Positions 20,933 to 31,194 of a stretch of 64,000 nt of DNA are shown here, in pieces. The stretch's first letter is position 1; each line of letters starts with the position of its first letter. Under the pieces are notes generated by a model. That model saw only the letters and a list, made by a program, of their open reading frames with translations, did not search any database and was not told where the DNA came from. The stretch covers positions 1 through 64,000 of the IMG/VR virus record IMGVR_UViG_3300000203_000004. One strand, 5' to 3'. The translations under genes and the position numbers were made by a program. This stretch comes from a virus. Taxonomy: Duplodnaviria > Caudoviricetes.

Positions 20933-21553
20933 TTATTTGGGCGCAGCCTTGCAGGCACCACCGTGATAACGGGTAAACATTCCGGCACCTTTACCTTCTT
21001 TACCACAATGTTCACACTTCCAAACTTTCTGCGAGGAATGAGTTCCGGCTGCAAGTTGATTCCGGACATTTTTCCGGGCGACCTCAGGGTCGAGAAAGGG
21101 GTTTGTACCTGCAGCACTTCGCTTTAGATTTCTTACCCGGGCTTTAGCACCGTCAAGCCACGGATGAGTTCCATCCGCAACTCTTTTTAGGGCAAACTCA
21201 CTGCCGAGGAAGTGATGTTTGCCCTCTGCTACTAGTTTCCTTTGGGCTGTCCGTTGCATCTCACCACCGAGGAATGGATGAGTACCATCTTCAACTCTGC
21301 TGTAGTTTGACATTGATGCCAGGTGACTGATCTCCTCGGGAGTTTTTTTCATTTTGCCGGCTATCATATAGCAAGCATACCAATCTTCCTGTTCATAATG
21401 AATATTATAATGCTCCTGGATAGTTACCGCTCGGAGGTTTTCGGGTGAATTATTACTATGGTTCCCGTCTATATGATGAATGTCATAGGACCGACCATTC
21501 TTCTCTTTGGGAATGGGGCCGAAATGGGATTCATAGATTTTTCTGTAATTCAT
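20933..21553 (-). CDS. HNH homing endonuclease
   Basis: DIHHIDGNHSNN..ENL...EH..IH; GTHPF repeats. Confidence 0.88.
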   Translation of the reverse strand: MNYRKIYESHFGPIPKEKNGRSYDIHHIDGNHSNNSPENLRAVTIQEHYNIHYEQEDWYACYMIAGKMKKTPEEISHLASMSNYSRVEDGTHPFLGGEMQRTAQRKLVAEGKHHFLGSEFALKRVADGTHPWLDGAKARVRNLKRSAAGTNPFLDPEVARKNVRNQLAAGTHSSQKVWKCEHCGKEGKGAGMFTRYHGGACKAAPK

Positions 21554-21581
21554 ACTACTATTTATCGGTCATCCAGTGTTA

Positions 21582-21842
21582 CTAACTGATTCCTTTGAGA
21601 GTGAACTTGGAGAGAAGAGTTTTGGCTACTGAGCAGTCGAGGTTTTCATTGTCAATACTACGATTGATACATTCCTTTGCGGCTTGAACAAGAGCAGTTC
21701 GCTCCAGTTCGGCTGAGGCGTATGCCAGAAGTTCTGTGGCGTAGTCAACATCGTCCTGCGATACACGGGCGTACCATTCGCGCAGAACTTCTGGTGTTGC
21801 GGACATAAGGAATTCCAGATTCTTTTTGTCATGAGGATTCAT
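21582..21842 (-). CDS. hypothetical protein
   Basis: ORF in operon. Confidence 0.6.
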   Translation of the reverse strand: MNPHDKKNLEFLMSATPEVLREWYARVSQDDVDYATELLAYASAELERTALVQAAKECINRSIDNENLDCSVAKTLLSKFTLKGIS

Positions 21843-22167
21843 GTTACTTCCTGCCCCGTTTCAAACCGTCAGCGAAGCCTAGGAGATTCATCACCGTGCC
21901 GTAAGCAGCGACAGCAATGACATACCACCAGTTGTCAGTGAGAACCATAACGCCAGCGCCCATCGCGCCAGCCGCCAAATAAGATAAGGTGTTGATATTC
22001 ATATTGCCCTCACCAGCAGCATAGATGCAGCAACGACAACCAAGAGCGCCCATGCGAGTCGCTCACCGCAGCCCTCAAGGCTGAATAACCATTTAAGAAA
22101 GTTTTTCATGTTTTATTTTCCTTTATATAGTAGCACTTATACCAACCTACGTCAATATAAATACAAT

Positions 22168-22815
22168 ATGTTTAATACTTCCAAATATACATCTATTTAC
22201 TATTCTATAATAAATAATGCTCAATCACGCAACATAACAGGTTATGTTGAGAGACACCATATCATTCCGCGTTGTTTGGGCGGAACTAATGACACAATGA
22301 ACATCGTCAGACTTACCGCCAGGGAGCATTTTATTTGTCATTTATTGCTTATTCGGATGGTTAGAAACGATGTTAAAAGTAAGATGGTTTATGCGGCTTG
22401 GCAACAAGGTCGTTCAGCAAAGATAAGAGGTGCCCGGATTACCAGCAGAACGTACGCCAAACTGAGAACACAAATGTCCGAAACCTACACTGGTCGCAAG
22501 CGCGAAGCCTTTAGTGAGGAGTGGAGAGCTAATATGAGTAAGGCTCATACCGGAATGAAAGTTCCAGCCTCTGATAAGTTGCTTGCCCATCTTGCCAAGA
22601 TGACCGAAGAGCGCAGAGGCTACATCGGAAAAGCTAACCCGTTTTATGGAAAAACTCATTCCGCCGAATACGGTGTGATAGTCGCCGCACGGAACGTTGC
22701 TGTTTTCACTGGCGTCCCTAAGATGCGAGTATCTTGTATTCATTGTAGGAAAGAGGTTTCTCATAATATGATTAATCGGTATCACGGTGATAACTGTAAA
22801 TCACTTCGTAAGTAA
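22168..22815 (+). CDS. HNH homing endonuclease with NUMOD3
   Basis: ERHHIIPRCLGG.N...N.V.LTAREHF.CH; NPFYGKTHS. Confidence 0.88.
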   Translation: MFNTSKYTSIYYSIINNAQSRNITGYVERHHIIPRCLGGTNDTMNIVRLTAREHFICHLLLIRMVRNDVKSKMVYAAWQQGRSAKIRGARITSRTYAKLRTQMSETYTGRKREAFSEEWRANMSKAHTGMKVPASDKLLAHLAKMTEERRGYIGKANPFYGKTHSAEYGVIVAARNVAVFTGVPKMRVSCIHCRKEVSHNMINRYHGDNCKSLRK

Positions 22816-23217
22816 ATAGGGTTTATTCCAGGAGCCCACATTTACGTCAATGTAGTGGGAGCAATCAAAGTAATCAGACTGGATATCACTCCGATCATAA
22901 TAGTCAGGACCATACATTGCAGGCAGAATAGCAGACAGAAAAGCAAGAGCTTTGCCGTCGAAGTGATCGCGGTAGTGATACGGGTTAACGTCAATCGACC
23001 CGACAGCAGGACGATACGCACCATAACGATCAGCACCGGGCGCCTTGGAGCAAACCTTGTTCAGGTTGCCGATAAAGTCAATCGGGCCCGACTTGATGTT
23101 GAGAACCAACGTCGAATGATTGCGTACAGCAACCGAAGCCTTGACGCCATACTTTTTGCAGATTGCCTTCAATACAGGGGCGATTTCTGCTTTGCGTTGC
23201 TGATTCATGTAAGCCAT
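22801..23217 (-). CDS. early hypothetical protein
   Basis: Follows repeated promoter cassette; D.SDIQSDYF motif. Confidence 0.7.
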   Translation of the reverse strand: MAYMNQQRKAEIAPVLKAICKKYGVKASVAVRNHSTLVLNIKSGPIDFIGNLNKVCSKAPGADRYGAYRPAVGSIDVNPYHYRDHFDGKALAFLSAILPAMYGPDYYDRSDIQSDYFDCSHYIDVNVGSWNKPYLLTK

Positions 23218-23266
23218 TTTATGTTCCGTTTTGCGAGTTGATAAGTGTATTATACACCCAAACGCA

Positions 23267-23599
23267 TTAATTGTCAACCTCAGCGTAGCCGAGTCGAGCA
23301 ATTCCTTCTTGGAATTTTGTCCGAAAAGTAGCTGAAAACTCAGCCGTGTCACCGTACATGGGCCAGCGCCCTGCACCGACTTTGTAAGCCAACAGATCCA
23401 TAAGCATTTCACGCTCAAGGGTGTCATGCGGGCCGAATTCTGTCAGGGTGCTGATACAGTCCTTATTGTCATTCATCAGATCAAGAAACTGATCCATTGT
23501 CAGCACCACGTTGGTACGATCAGAAAGTACGTCAATACATTCTTGAGAGAATACAGCAGTTAATCGTTTCATTATCGTCCTACTTGTTTGATGCGCCAA
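23267..23599 (-). CDS. hypothetical protein
   Basis: ORF in operon. Confidence 0.55.
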   Translation of the reverse strand: MAHQTSRTIMKRLTAVFSQECIDVLSDRTNVVLTMDQFLDLMNDNKDCISTLTEFGPHDTLEREMLMDLLAYKVGAGRWPMYGDTAEFSATFRTKFQEGIARLGYAEVDN

Positions 23600-24150
23600 A
23601 ACATGCGCCAGATTCTTGCTTGTGTCGTGCGGTGCAGTGATTGTGTTCCGACGAGCAATTTTCCATCCTCAAAGAAACAGAAAGGCTTCGGTCGCCGATA
23701 ATTCACCAGGAGCAAACGCTCGGAGATTCGCTGATAGGTTCCTGTCATTTCGGTACGCATCTGTAACTCGTTTGGTATTTCAGTTGAATGTCAATTGCCC
23801 GGTCAATCTCCGGATTCTTTGGGATCAGCCCTGCCGAGCCATACATCTTGGTCTCGTATATCGTGCGGATTGCCGCCTGACAAGATGCCTCGGAATTAAA
23901 TGTTCCGAGTGTCGTCGGATGCAACGCAGTGATAAAGATCAGAATATAAGGACTCATCCGAAGAACCTCGTAATCAACCAGGAGACACATACCAGAAACG
24001 CCGCACCACCGACTGGGTTCAGCGTGATCGTCGCCCTGCATTGTTGGTACGAAGTCAGCCCGAGAAACAACCAGAGAGTATGAAGTGTCCCTATTGCATA
24101 GAGTGTCACCCAAATTGTGGACAGCACTGTGAGGAATGTGTAAACCATGA

Positions 24151-24357
24151 TTACTTGGAAGTAGACGGCTTGAACAAGAAAGCACAGAGAACGGTCAGTC
24201 CCCAAGCTTGGAGCCAGGTGACCTCAGCGACCCCTGCGACCGCGCCGACCAAACAGCCGTTCCAAAGCAGAAACACAGGGTATGAGAGCAAAAAACTGAC
24301 GAACACCAAGAGTACAATGGCGCCAACAGCAAGAGTAAGAGCAGCGAGAAAGTTCAT
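24151..24357 (-). CDS. small membrane protein
   Basis: Two hydrophobic segments; TWLQAWGL. Confidence 0.65.
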   Translation of the reverse strand: MNFLAALTLAVGAIVLLVFVSFLLSYPVFLLWNGCLVGAVAGVAEVTWLQAWGLTVLCAFLFKPSTSK

Positions 24358-24379
24358 TTTGATTTCCTAAGTTGAGAGA

Positions 24380-24793
24380 TTACGCAACGACACCTGCAGT
24401 CACCATGCTGGTCGCTGCGTTCGAACCGATCTTGTAACGCTTGCCAGCAGAAGTCAGCACCACGAACGGGTAAGCACGGGCGCGACTATTGTAGCCGACA
24501 AAGCTAACCACACCGAGAGACTGCGAACGGTACTTGGCAGTCGCATCAAAAGATGCACCAAGCAAACGCTTGCCGGTTTTAGCAAGAGCCAAAGCTTTCA
24601 CATCGACCGGGGTAGTCACCGAAGTACCTGCAGCGCCGCGAACGACGCCAGACAGCGTACCGCGCATCGATTCAGCGTTGAAGCGAATCGTGCCCAGAGA
24701 AAAGTCGATACCGTGCTTTTTGGCGATGAGGGTGAAAGCGAGGGCGAGGTCAGCGCGAATTGCTGATACTTGGGTTTTTGTGAGTGCTGTCAT
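24380..24793 (-). CDS. early hypothetical protein
   Basis: Follows repeated promoter cassette. Confidence 0.7.
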   Translation of the reverse strand: MTALTKTQVSAIRADLALAFTLIAKKHGIDFSLGTIRFNAESMRGTLSGVVRGAAGTSVTTPVDVKALALAKTGKRLLGASFDATAKYRSQSLGVVSFVGYNSRARAYPFVVLTSAGKRYKIGSNAATSMVTAGVVA

Positions 24794-24855
24794 TTTCAGT
24801 TCCGTTTTGCGAGTTGATAAGTGTATTATATACCCAAAGTGATTTATTGTCAACC

Positions 24856-25053
24856 TTAGATGCCAAGCTGCATGCCAATTTGTTTAGCAGTTTCAGTGAC
24901 TTCAAAGGACTGACCACCGGACAACCAAATCTTACCGTCGATATAGGCAGCAAGCTGCATCGGGTTGACGAACAATTGTTCAGTGCCCGTTTTCTTGTAT
25001 CCTTCGGTGAACGGTGTGTAGCTTTCGCGGGTGATGTGAGTAAGCCTGATCAT
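24856..25053 (-). CDS. hypothetical protein
   Basis: SD AAGGAA. Confidence 0.55.
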   Translation of the reverse strand: MIRLTHITRESYTPFTEGYKKTGTEQLFVNPMQLAAYIDGKIWLSGGQSFEVTETAKQIGMQLGI

Positions 25054-25062
25054 TTTGATTCC

Positions 25063-25317
25063 TTAGGCGAATTCGTAAAACTTGACGCTCGGGTCAAGAG
25101 CAACCAATTCACGGGCAGCCTTGGTCAGCATCTTGTAACGAGCAGCGACCTGAGCGCGGGGACGTTCACCGTCGCAAGTCAGACATTCAGGAGACAGATC
25201 GGAGTCGAGCCAATCAGCGACTTTTTGACGATCCGAAGCGTAGCTAAGATCGACTGCCGGGGCGTTGAACATAGCATGAAAGCGATTTTTGTCAGCGACA
25301 TATTTCTGGAGAGACAT
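25063..25317 (-). CDS. early hypothetical protein
   Basis: LSPE.LTCDGE motif; follows promoter cassette. Confidence 0.7.
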   Translation of the reverse strand: MSLQKYVADKNRFHAMFNAPAVDLSYASDRQKVADWLDSDLSPECLTCDGERPRAQVAARYKMLTKAARELVALDPSVKFYEFA

Positions 25318-25371
25318 TTTAGTTCCGTTTTGCGAGTTGATAGTGTATTATATACCCAAAGCGATTATTTG

Positions 25372-25572
25372 TCAAATAAAATCGTATGCGAATTCGCTGC
25401 CACATGCGTTCATTTCAACGCGGTTTTTGTAGTCGGCGGAGAGCATTTGGAATACTTTGTCAGCATCTTCGGGGAGAGCCATGACAAACAGGGTACCGTA
25501 AGCAAAAGATGCAGCATTGTCGGCACCGAGAACCTTTGCGACCTTTTCCAGAACAACAGTTTCAAAACCCAT
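25372..25572 (-). CDS. early hypothetical protein
   Basis: Own TTGACA/TATAAT promoter. Confidence 0.6.
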   Translation of the reverse strand: MGFETVVLEKVAKVLGADNAASFAYGTLFVMALPEDADKVFQMLSADYKNRVEMNACGSEFAYDFI

Positions 25573-26049
25573 TTTTAACTCCGTTTGTTGATTTCAGACT
25601 GTATTATAGCAGATTTGGGAATTTATGTCAAATCGCGCTTGACATGCTTCGGACGCCGTTTGTAGGTGTCCTTACGCTTTACAACCTTCGGCTTGAAGGG
25701 CGTGTCTTCTTGGAACAGAACACGATGAACCCGGTGTTTGGGCTTTTCAATCGTGAATGAGAGGATTTGCTTTTTCATGTGAGTATTATAGCATAATCCC
25801 CATTTATTGTCAAGTTTGGGTTAATTTAGCAGAGCAATGCCGGTCTCTCTAATCAGGTCAATATCGGCTACGTCGAACCTGTCAACATCAAATGAACCGA
25901 ACTCATACCTGGCAGCGTCCCAGCGCTCCATGGTACCGTCTTGATATACCTTAAACTCACCGATATTGGTGTCTATTAACGCGCAATGTATGCGCTTGGC
26001 ACTATGGATTTTCATTGATAACTTTCTGCTTGTTATCTATTTATCGTCC

Positions 26050-26430
26050 TTACGGTTTCGGGCGCAACGGGAAGGGCCAGAATTCACCGGTTTCTTCTTC
26101 AATCAGTGGTTGATCGTCACCTATTGAGAAAGCAACTCGCTTGACCTCAGCAACACGGAATGCGCGCCACTCTTGTAAATCAACTTCAAACACCGCAATG
26201 CTTGTTGTTGACTGCTTGCGTTCCTTCTTAGATTCAGTGACCGGGACCACAGGAAGCAACGCCGGGTTCAGAGTACATTTCATGGTGCGTTCAGTACCGT
26301 CGACTTTAGTGAAGGTTACAATGACTACATTCGTATGAAGTAGACCAGTTAGCCATGACTGGAAGATTTCCCAATCTTCAGGTGCCCAGTCTTCTTTCGG
26401 TGTCGGCCCGTTTGGCATAATATCGCTCAT
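26050..26430 (-). CDS. WYL_2/Sm-like SH3-fold protein
   Basis: VTFTKVDGTER.M.CTL...FEVDL.EWRAFR. Confidence 0.7.
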   Translation of the reverse strand: MSDIMPNGPTPKEDWAPEDWEIFQSWLTGLLHTNVVIVTFTKVDGTERTMKCTLNPALLPVVPVTESKKERKQSTTSIAVFEVDLQEWRAFRVAEVKRVAFSIGDDQPLIEEETGEFWPFPLRPKP

Positions 26431-26545
26431 AGTTTCCATTCTTTCTTTGCTTCGGCCCATACAGCCTTTGGGTTCATCACCGCCCATGCACCGATAATAA
26501 CCGGGGCAAGGACGATCAGCATTAGTTTCTTATACCAAGGGTAGT

Positions 26546-27001
26546 TCATTTTTCTGTCCAAGCGGTGAAGAAGGTTTTCAGCTTGGTTTCTTCGTCCCAG
26601 TCTTTGGTGTAGTCATTATCAATGTCCGAAAGCGCCAAAGCTTCTGCCTTGGTGACAACACGATGACTGACTATCGTTTCTCCAAGGTGTTCTTGACTGA
26701 ACTCCTGTGCTTCATTACAGGTGACTGTATCAAGCGCCCAATCAGCTTTGTCCTTGCCGTAGTCATCTGTTCCGATAGGAACTTCAACCATGTAGCGTTC
26801 ACGGAACGTTGAAATTGCCTCAACCAGCACCCACTGAGTGGCTGGCTTCTTAACAAGAGACCAGGTGCCATTCTTCAGATCAGTCCAAACAAGGTCGTCG
26901 CCTTCTTTCCAACCAGTCTCTGCCATCAGTTCCGGAGGGAACTCAATGAACAACTCGCCTTCTGCGTTTTCCTGAACTTCAGGTGTATATCTCTTACTCA
27001 T
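26546..27001 (-). CDS. AbrB/MazE-domain protein
   Basis: IEFPPELM.ETGWKEGD.L.W. Confidence 0.7.
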   Translation of the reverse strand: MSKRYTPEVQENAEGELFIEFPPELMAETGWKEGDDLVWTDLKNGTWSLVKKPATQWVLVEAISTFRERYMVEVPIGTDDYGKDKADWALDTVTCNEAQEFSQEHLGETIVSHRVVTKAEALALSDIDNDYTKDWDEETKLKTFFTAWTEK

Positions 27002-27010
27002 TACTTTTCC

Positions 27011-27301
27011 TTAGTTAACAATCATACGAATTAAACCAACACAATCAATACTTACTAGCAGCCCGTAGTTAGCCAGCATACCAAATGATCGGCGACTGTA
27101 GGAACACCAACCGAACATAATACACTGAGATATAAAAATGGGATAAAGAATAATAAGCGGCGGATTAGGGACAGTGAGCGCCATCGTGACAGAGCATCCG
27201 ATAGATAACGCCCAAGCTGCAATCTCAACAAAAAAACGAAACGGATACTTTCGGTAATCATCGGAAATCCATGTACCTATATTTGAAAATAGTTCAGTCA
27301 T
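27011..27301 (-). CDS. membrane protein
   Basis: Three hydrophobic helices. Confidence 0.65.
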   Translation of the reverse strand: MTELFSNIGTWISDDYRKYPFRFFVEIAAWALSIGCSVTMALTVPNPPLIILYPIFISQCIMFGWCSYSRRSFGMLANYGLLVSIDCVGLIRMIVN

Positions 27302-27623
27302 TAATCGGAATCAATACTTGTTTGTAGCATGAGCAACTCGGATCATACGCCCGCACATATTTGTAGGCGGGTTCGACGTATGCGGGTTGGACAATCACTG
27401 GTTGCTGAATGACAACCGGTTGAGGACGACTGGCCTCGATTGCCAGGATGCTGCCAAAGAAGATAGCAGGCAGTATCCAACCTTCATTACCACGCCACAC
27501 CGCTTGAGGATGCGGTCGTTGTCGATAGTCGTGATTGTTAAAAGAGTAGTCGCGCCGCTCAGGATTGGCAATGGCAGTCGTCACAATCATCACCGCCATT
27601 ATGGCCAGTACAAGTTTTTTCAT
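27294..27623 (-). CDS. secreted/periplasmic Pro-rich hypothetical protein
   Basis: Signal peptide; QPVVIQQP. Confidence 0.6.
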   Translation of the reverse strand: MKKLVLAIMAVMIVTTAIANPERRDYSFNNHDYRQRPHPQAVWRGNEGWILPAIFFGSILAIEASRPQPVVIQQPVIVQPAYVEPAYKYVRAYDPSCSCYKQVLIPIND

Positions 27624-28116
27624 TTTTTAGCCTTTCAATTGCCAGTTTCAAAATCTCAACGACCATTTCGTTGAATGTAATATCACGCTCATGTGCCATT
27701 TTAGCCAGAGCCATGAAGTCTGCATCAGACAGTTCAATTGGAACTTCAATGCGGGTATCAAACTCTTCGCCATCAAGAATAGCCTTTGCTTTTTCCAGGA
27801 AGTCTTCTTCCGTTTCAAGATCGGTCCAGTGAACATCATCCCAAGCATTATCTCTATCTACGCCGCGCGCTTCGGCCTCGTCAAACATTGCTTGCTTGTG
27901 CGATTCGTTTAGCCAGCGATATGGGCGAGTTTCGTCAACAGTTGCTTCCACTGATGCTTCGTAAACTTCTTGGGTAGAGGTGTTGAAAATTACACTGGCA
28001 TTACCAAATTTAGTTTCGTAGTCCAAATATCGTGCGTCTGGGTAACATGCCCATTGATATTCACTTCCGCCCGAAATCGCATGGTTGAGTGCTTCGTTGA
28101 TCGCTTTCAATTTCAT
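27559..28116 (-). CDS. hypothetical protein with C-terminal RHH-like segment
   Basis: LAKMAHERDITFNEMV.EIL. Confidence 0.65.
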   Translation of the reverse strand: MKLKAINEALNHAISGGSEYQWACYPDARYLDYETKFGNASVIFNTSTQEVYEASVEATVDETRPYRWLNESHKQAMFDEAEARGVDRDNAWDDVHWTDLETEEDFLEKAKAILDGEEFDTRIEVPIELSDADFMALAKMAHERDITFNEMVVEILKLAIERLKNEKTCTGHNGGDDCDDCHCQS

Positions 28117-28245
28117 TTTTACATTCCTTGTTTGTTTCTGTGGAGTTAATTTCTTCATCAGGAACTTTTAACCACCACATCATTACTATCAATGCTGCTA
28201 TTATAGCACACACCTTATAAAAAAGATAGTATTTTGGTGAAAGCA

Positions 28246-28581
28246 TTACCGGAATGTATTAAGGACTGGATGGTAGGCGCGGATGTATTCAAGTTCTCGG
28301 ACATGGGCCGCAGCCTTACCTCGGACGACTTCGAGCAACCCAAAAGTGAAAGCCTCAGGTCCATATTCACGAATGCTCTTGCACAGACCCCAGTCTTTAT
28401 TCTCTGCGTTGGCTCTTTGAACATGCTTTCGGGCACGAACCCGCATGGCCGCATATACTCCGGCCGGGCTGATAACGGCTAAACCCACATATTGCTCACC
28501 GGTTAATGTGTTGGTAACCACATATATGACATGGTTTGTATCGGCGCGGCGTTTACGGCGTTTAAGTGGAATATCGGACAT
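28246..28581 (-). CDS. small GIY-YIG-domain protein
   Basis: HVIY..TN...YVG...R..E..YI....LN. Confidence 0.7.
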   Translation of the reverse strand: MSDIPLKRRKRRADTNHVIYVVTNTLTGEQYVGLAVISPAGVYAAMRVRARKHVQRANAENKDWGLCKSIREYGPEAFTFGLLEVVRGKAAAHVRELEYIRAYHPVLNTFR

Positions 28582-28588
28582 GAAGTAT

Positions 28589-29041
28589 TTATCGTTTCAT
28601 CGCATAGACAAGTGCCTCTGATAATACACCTTCATGTCTGGCTAACACATCAACCTCCCATGGCAACTGCTGATGCTGCTCAAAAGTCATCGTGTTTACG
28701 TTTATTTTATATGGTTGACCATTCCAATAATAAGTGCCAATTCTGGATGCTTTTAATACTCCGGTATGAAGTTGATTTATATGTATCAGTTCGTGAACCA
28801 GAACTTCTGGAATTTCTTCCAATGATAACGTGCTGTTGATAGTCACACGGTTTCTAAATCTAAATTCCACTGCAGTGGAGCCGTGCGTGGCCGGTCCTAA
28901 ATTGGCAATTCGTATTACGATTTCTTTGGGGAGCGGAATGACAGTAGAAACTGCCTCAGTTAATTTTCTACAAACTATTTCACGGGCCAGGTTATAGTCA
29001 TCATTCTGATAACTGAACCGAATTGCCGGAAACATATTCAT
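28589..29041 (-). CDS. HExxH metallopeptidase-like protein
   Basis: VLVHELIHINQ...LPWE. Confidence 0.75.
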   Translation of the reverse strand: MNMFPAIRFSYQNDDYNLAREIVCRKLTEAVSTVIPLPKEIVIRIANLGPATHGSTAVEFRFRNRVTINSTLSLEEIPEVLVHELIHINQLHTGVLKASRIGTYYWNGQPYKINVNTMTFEQHQQLPWEVDVLARHEGVLSEALVYAMKR

Positions 29042-29116
29042 AAATAAGGACTAAATAAAAGTGAGAGCCACGAGTTACGACCTCCGCCCTCTCTAACACT
29101 TTCAAGGAGTATCAGC

Positions 29117-29668
29117 ATGACTATTTATCACAAACACCATATCATTCCGCGCCACGCAGGGGGAACTGATTCCCCGGATAATATTGTTTCATTAACCGTA
29201 AAAGAACACGCAGAGGCGCATCGGTTATTATTTGAATCATTCGGTAGATGGCAAGACTTATATGCTTGGAGGGGGTTATCGGGACAGATAAACATGTCAG
29301 AAGAAAGAATTCGTGTATTTCGAGAGGCTATTGCAAATGCAACACGACAACGAGTTAAAGACGGTACCCATCATCTCTTAAAACGAGCAGATGGTACAAG
29401 TGTAGTATCCGATTTGGTTAGTGCAGGTACATATCATATGTTAGGCGGAGAGATTCAAGGAAGAACTTCTCGCAGAAGGGTGATCGAGGGAACGCATAAC
29501 TGGTTAGGTGACGGAACTTCTCAACGGGAAACACAGCGAAAGTTAGTTGATGCCGGTAATCATCATTTTCAGAACAAAGTTAAAAAAGAGTGCCCGCATT
29601 GCCATTCTTTTTTCGATGACGGTAACTACAAACGTTATCACGGTGATAAATGTAAATCAAGAATATAA
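29117..29668 (+). CDS. HNH homing endonuclease
   Basis: HKHHIIPRHAGGTD..N...LTV.EHAEAH; GTHH repeats. Confidence 0.88.
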   Translation: MTIYHKHHIIPRHAGGTDSPDNIVSLTVKEHAEAHRLLFESFGRWQDLYAWRGLSGQINMSEERIRVFREAIANATRQRVKDGTHHLLKRADGTSVVSDLVSAGTYHMLGGEIQGRTSRRRVIEGTHNWLGDGTSQRETQRKLVDAGNHHFQNKVKKECPHCHSFFDDGNYKRYHGDKCKSRI

Positions 29669-30097
29669 GTAGTTAATCGTAGTTTCGTTTTCACGGAACA
29701 ATACAGCACCATTTGACAAATGGAACCTGCGAGCCATATCTGTTTTGGGGCTCAATGTCACAAACGTGGTCACTGTCGGAAAATGTACTTTAATGTAATC
29801 CATTGACTTCATTAATACAGTTCGGCCGGCGCCGGGTTTATAACTCCACACCGTATAATATACAGCACAAGTAGGGGATTCGGCAGTATTATCCAAACCG
29901 GCCACATTTTCAGGAATCGCATTATGAAAACTTACGCACACCATTGCTTCGGGAGTGTCCTCGGGAGTTTCGTCAGATAGTACAATGACTAATCTGCCGT
30001 TACTCACGCGGAACTCTGCTGGAATCTCAGGGCGTACAGGATCGTCTTTGACAAACGATAGGAATGAATTTGTTGTGTCTCGGATGTAGTGTATCAT
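29657..30097 (-). CDS. GNAT-like hypothetical protein
   Basis: YTVWSY..GAG; TLSPKT.MA.RFH..NGA. Confidence 0.6.
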   Translation of the reverse strand: MIHYIRDTTNSFLSFVKDDPVRPEIPAEFRVSNGRLVIVLSDETPEDTPEAMVCVSFHNAIPENVAGLDNTAESPTCAVYYTVWSYKPGAGRTVLMKSMDYIKVHFPTVTTFVTLSPKTDMARRFHLSNGAVLFRENETTINYLYS

Positions 30098-30633
30098 AAC
30101 CTTATTTATCTATTTGTTATGAATGTTCTGTTACAGTTGTGTTACAGTTGCCAACAGTTATTGTCGTAGTCCCAGTGACGAGTATCGTAAATCTTCGCCT
30201 CCGCGCCGTACCCGAATAAGCACACCTCCAACGACGGCCCAGCGTGGTCACACCGCGCTGACCAATCAAAACTTATCTTGAGTAAGTCATACGAATATCG
30301 ACAAACTTCAAATTCCCATGCTTTGTGTTCGGTAATCATACCAGAACGGCAGAATAGGTTTTTGAAGTTTTCCTTGTACCAAGGATTAGTCAGACTTAGG
30401 TGCAGATTGATCATCTTCTTCCTCCGGTAATGTGGCTCCAAGCAATCTAATCATTCGGCGAACACCAGCTTCATTCATGGTCACCGACAATGTGGTGTAA
30501 CCTGATGTTAGTCGCAACATAACTCGTTCGTCATCGGTCATGCCGACGGTGTATCCATCGTAGGAGACGGGTGCGTAGATGGCGCGGTGACGGGCGCAAT
30601 GTAATCAGGTTTTGAAAACCACATTGTTTTTCC

Positions 30634-31155
30634 TTAGGTTGAACTACCGGGCAGTGTCAGATAACCGAGATATACCTTAAGGGTATCCTCTGTCACGTTC
30701 GGTGGCAGCAGATTGACCGGTTCAGATTCCTCGTCAGGGTCGTAGGTCATCCCGAGTTCTTTCATCATCTGGTGCTTGACCAAAAGATTAGGTTGACGAT
30801 AACGACCAGTATCTTCGAATCCCATCATCACACCAACTTCGGCGACTGCGCCCGAACGACAGATACCTGCGAAGCAATGGACAGTGACGTTCATATCAAG
30901 TTCGAGGGCGTGTTGGAGTAATCGGACGAGGTCGCTTGCTTGCTTTTGGGTGCAGCGGAATGCCTCGTCAAAAACATGATCGTCTTTTTCAATGTCAAGG
31001 AATTCAAATTGATGCACCTCCGCGAAAAGGTGCTTAGGGTCAGGCACCCAACCAGCAGGATCGCTAATTTGGATCAGCATTGAATTTGGACCTGGATCTT
31101 TGTAGAAAGTTCCACTGGCGATATCGCTTGCAGCGCAGTTCTGAATAAACGGCAT
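30634..31155 (-). CDS. protein-tyrosine/dual-specificity phosphatase-like protein
   Basis: HCFAGICRS (CX5R) motif. Confidence 0.85.
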   Translation of the reverse strand: MPFIQNCAASDIASGTFYKDPGPNSMLIQISDPAGWVPDPKHLFAEVHQFEFLDIEKDDHVFDEAFRCTQKQASDLVRLLQHALELDMNVTVHCFAGICRSGAVAEVGVMMGFEDTGRYRQPNLLVKHQMMKELGMTYDPDEESEPVNLLPPNVTEDTLKVYLGYLTLPGSST

Positions 31156-31194
31156 ATTTTGTTCTCCTATGCAGCTATTATAGCACAGACAAGA

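Noticed and set aside
24784-25578. 264-aa + strand ORF
   Set aside because: Antisense to three - strand genes that have their own promoters; no recognisable motifs
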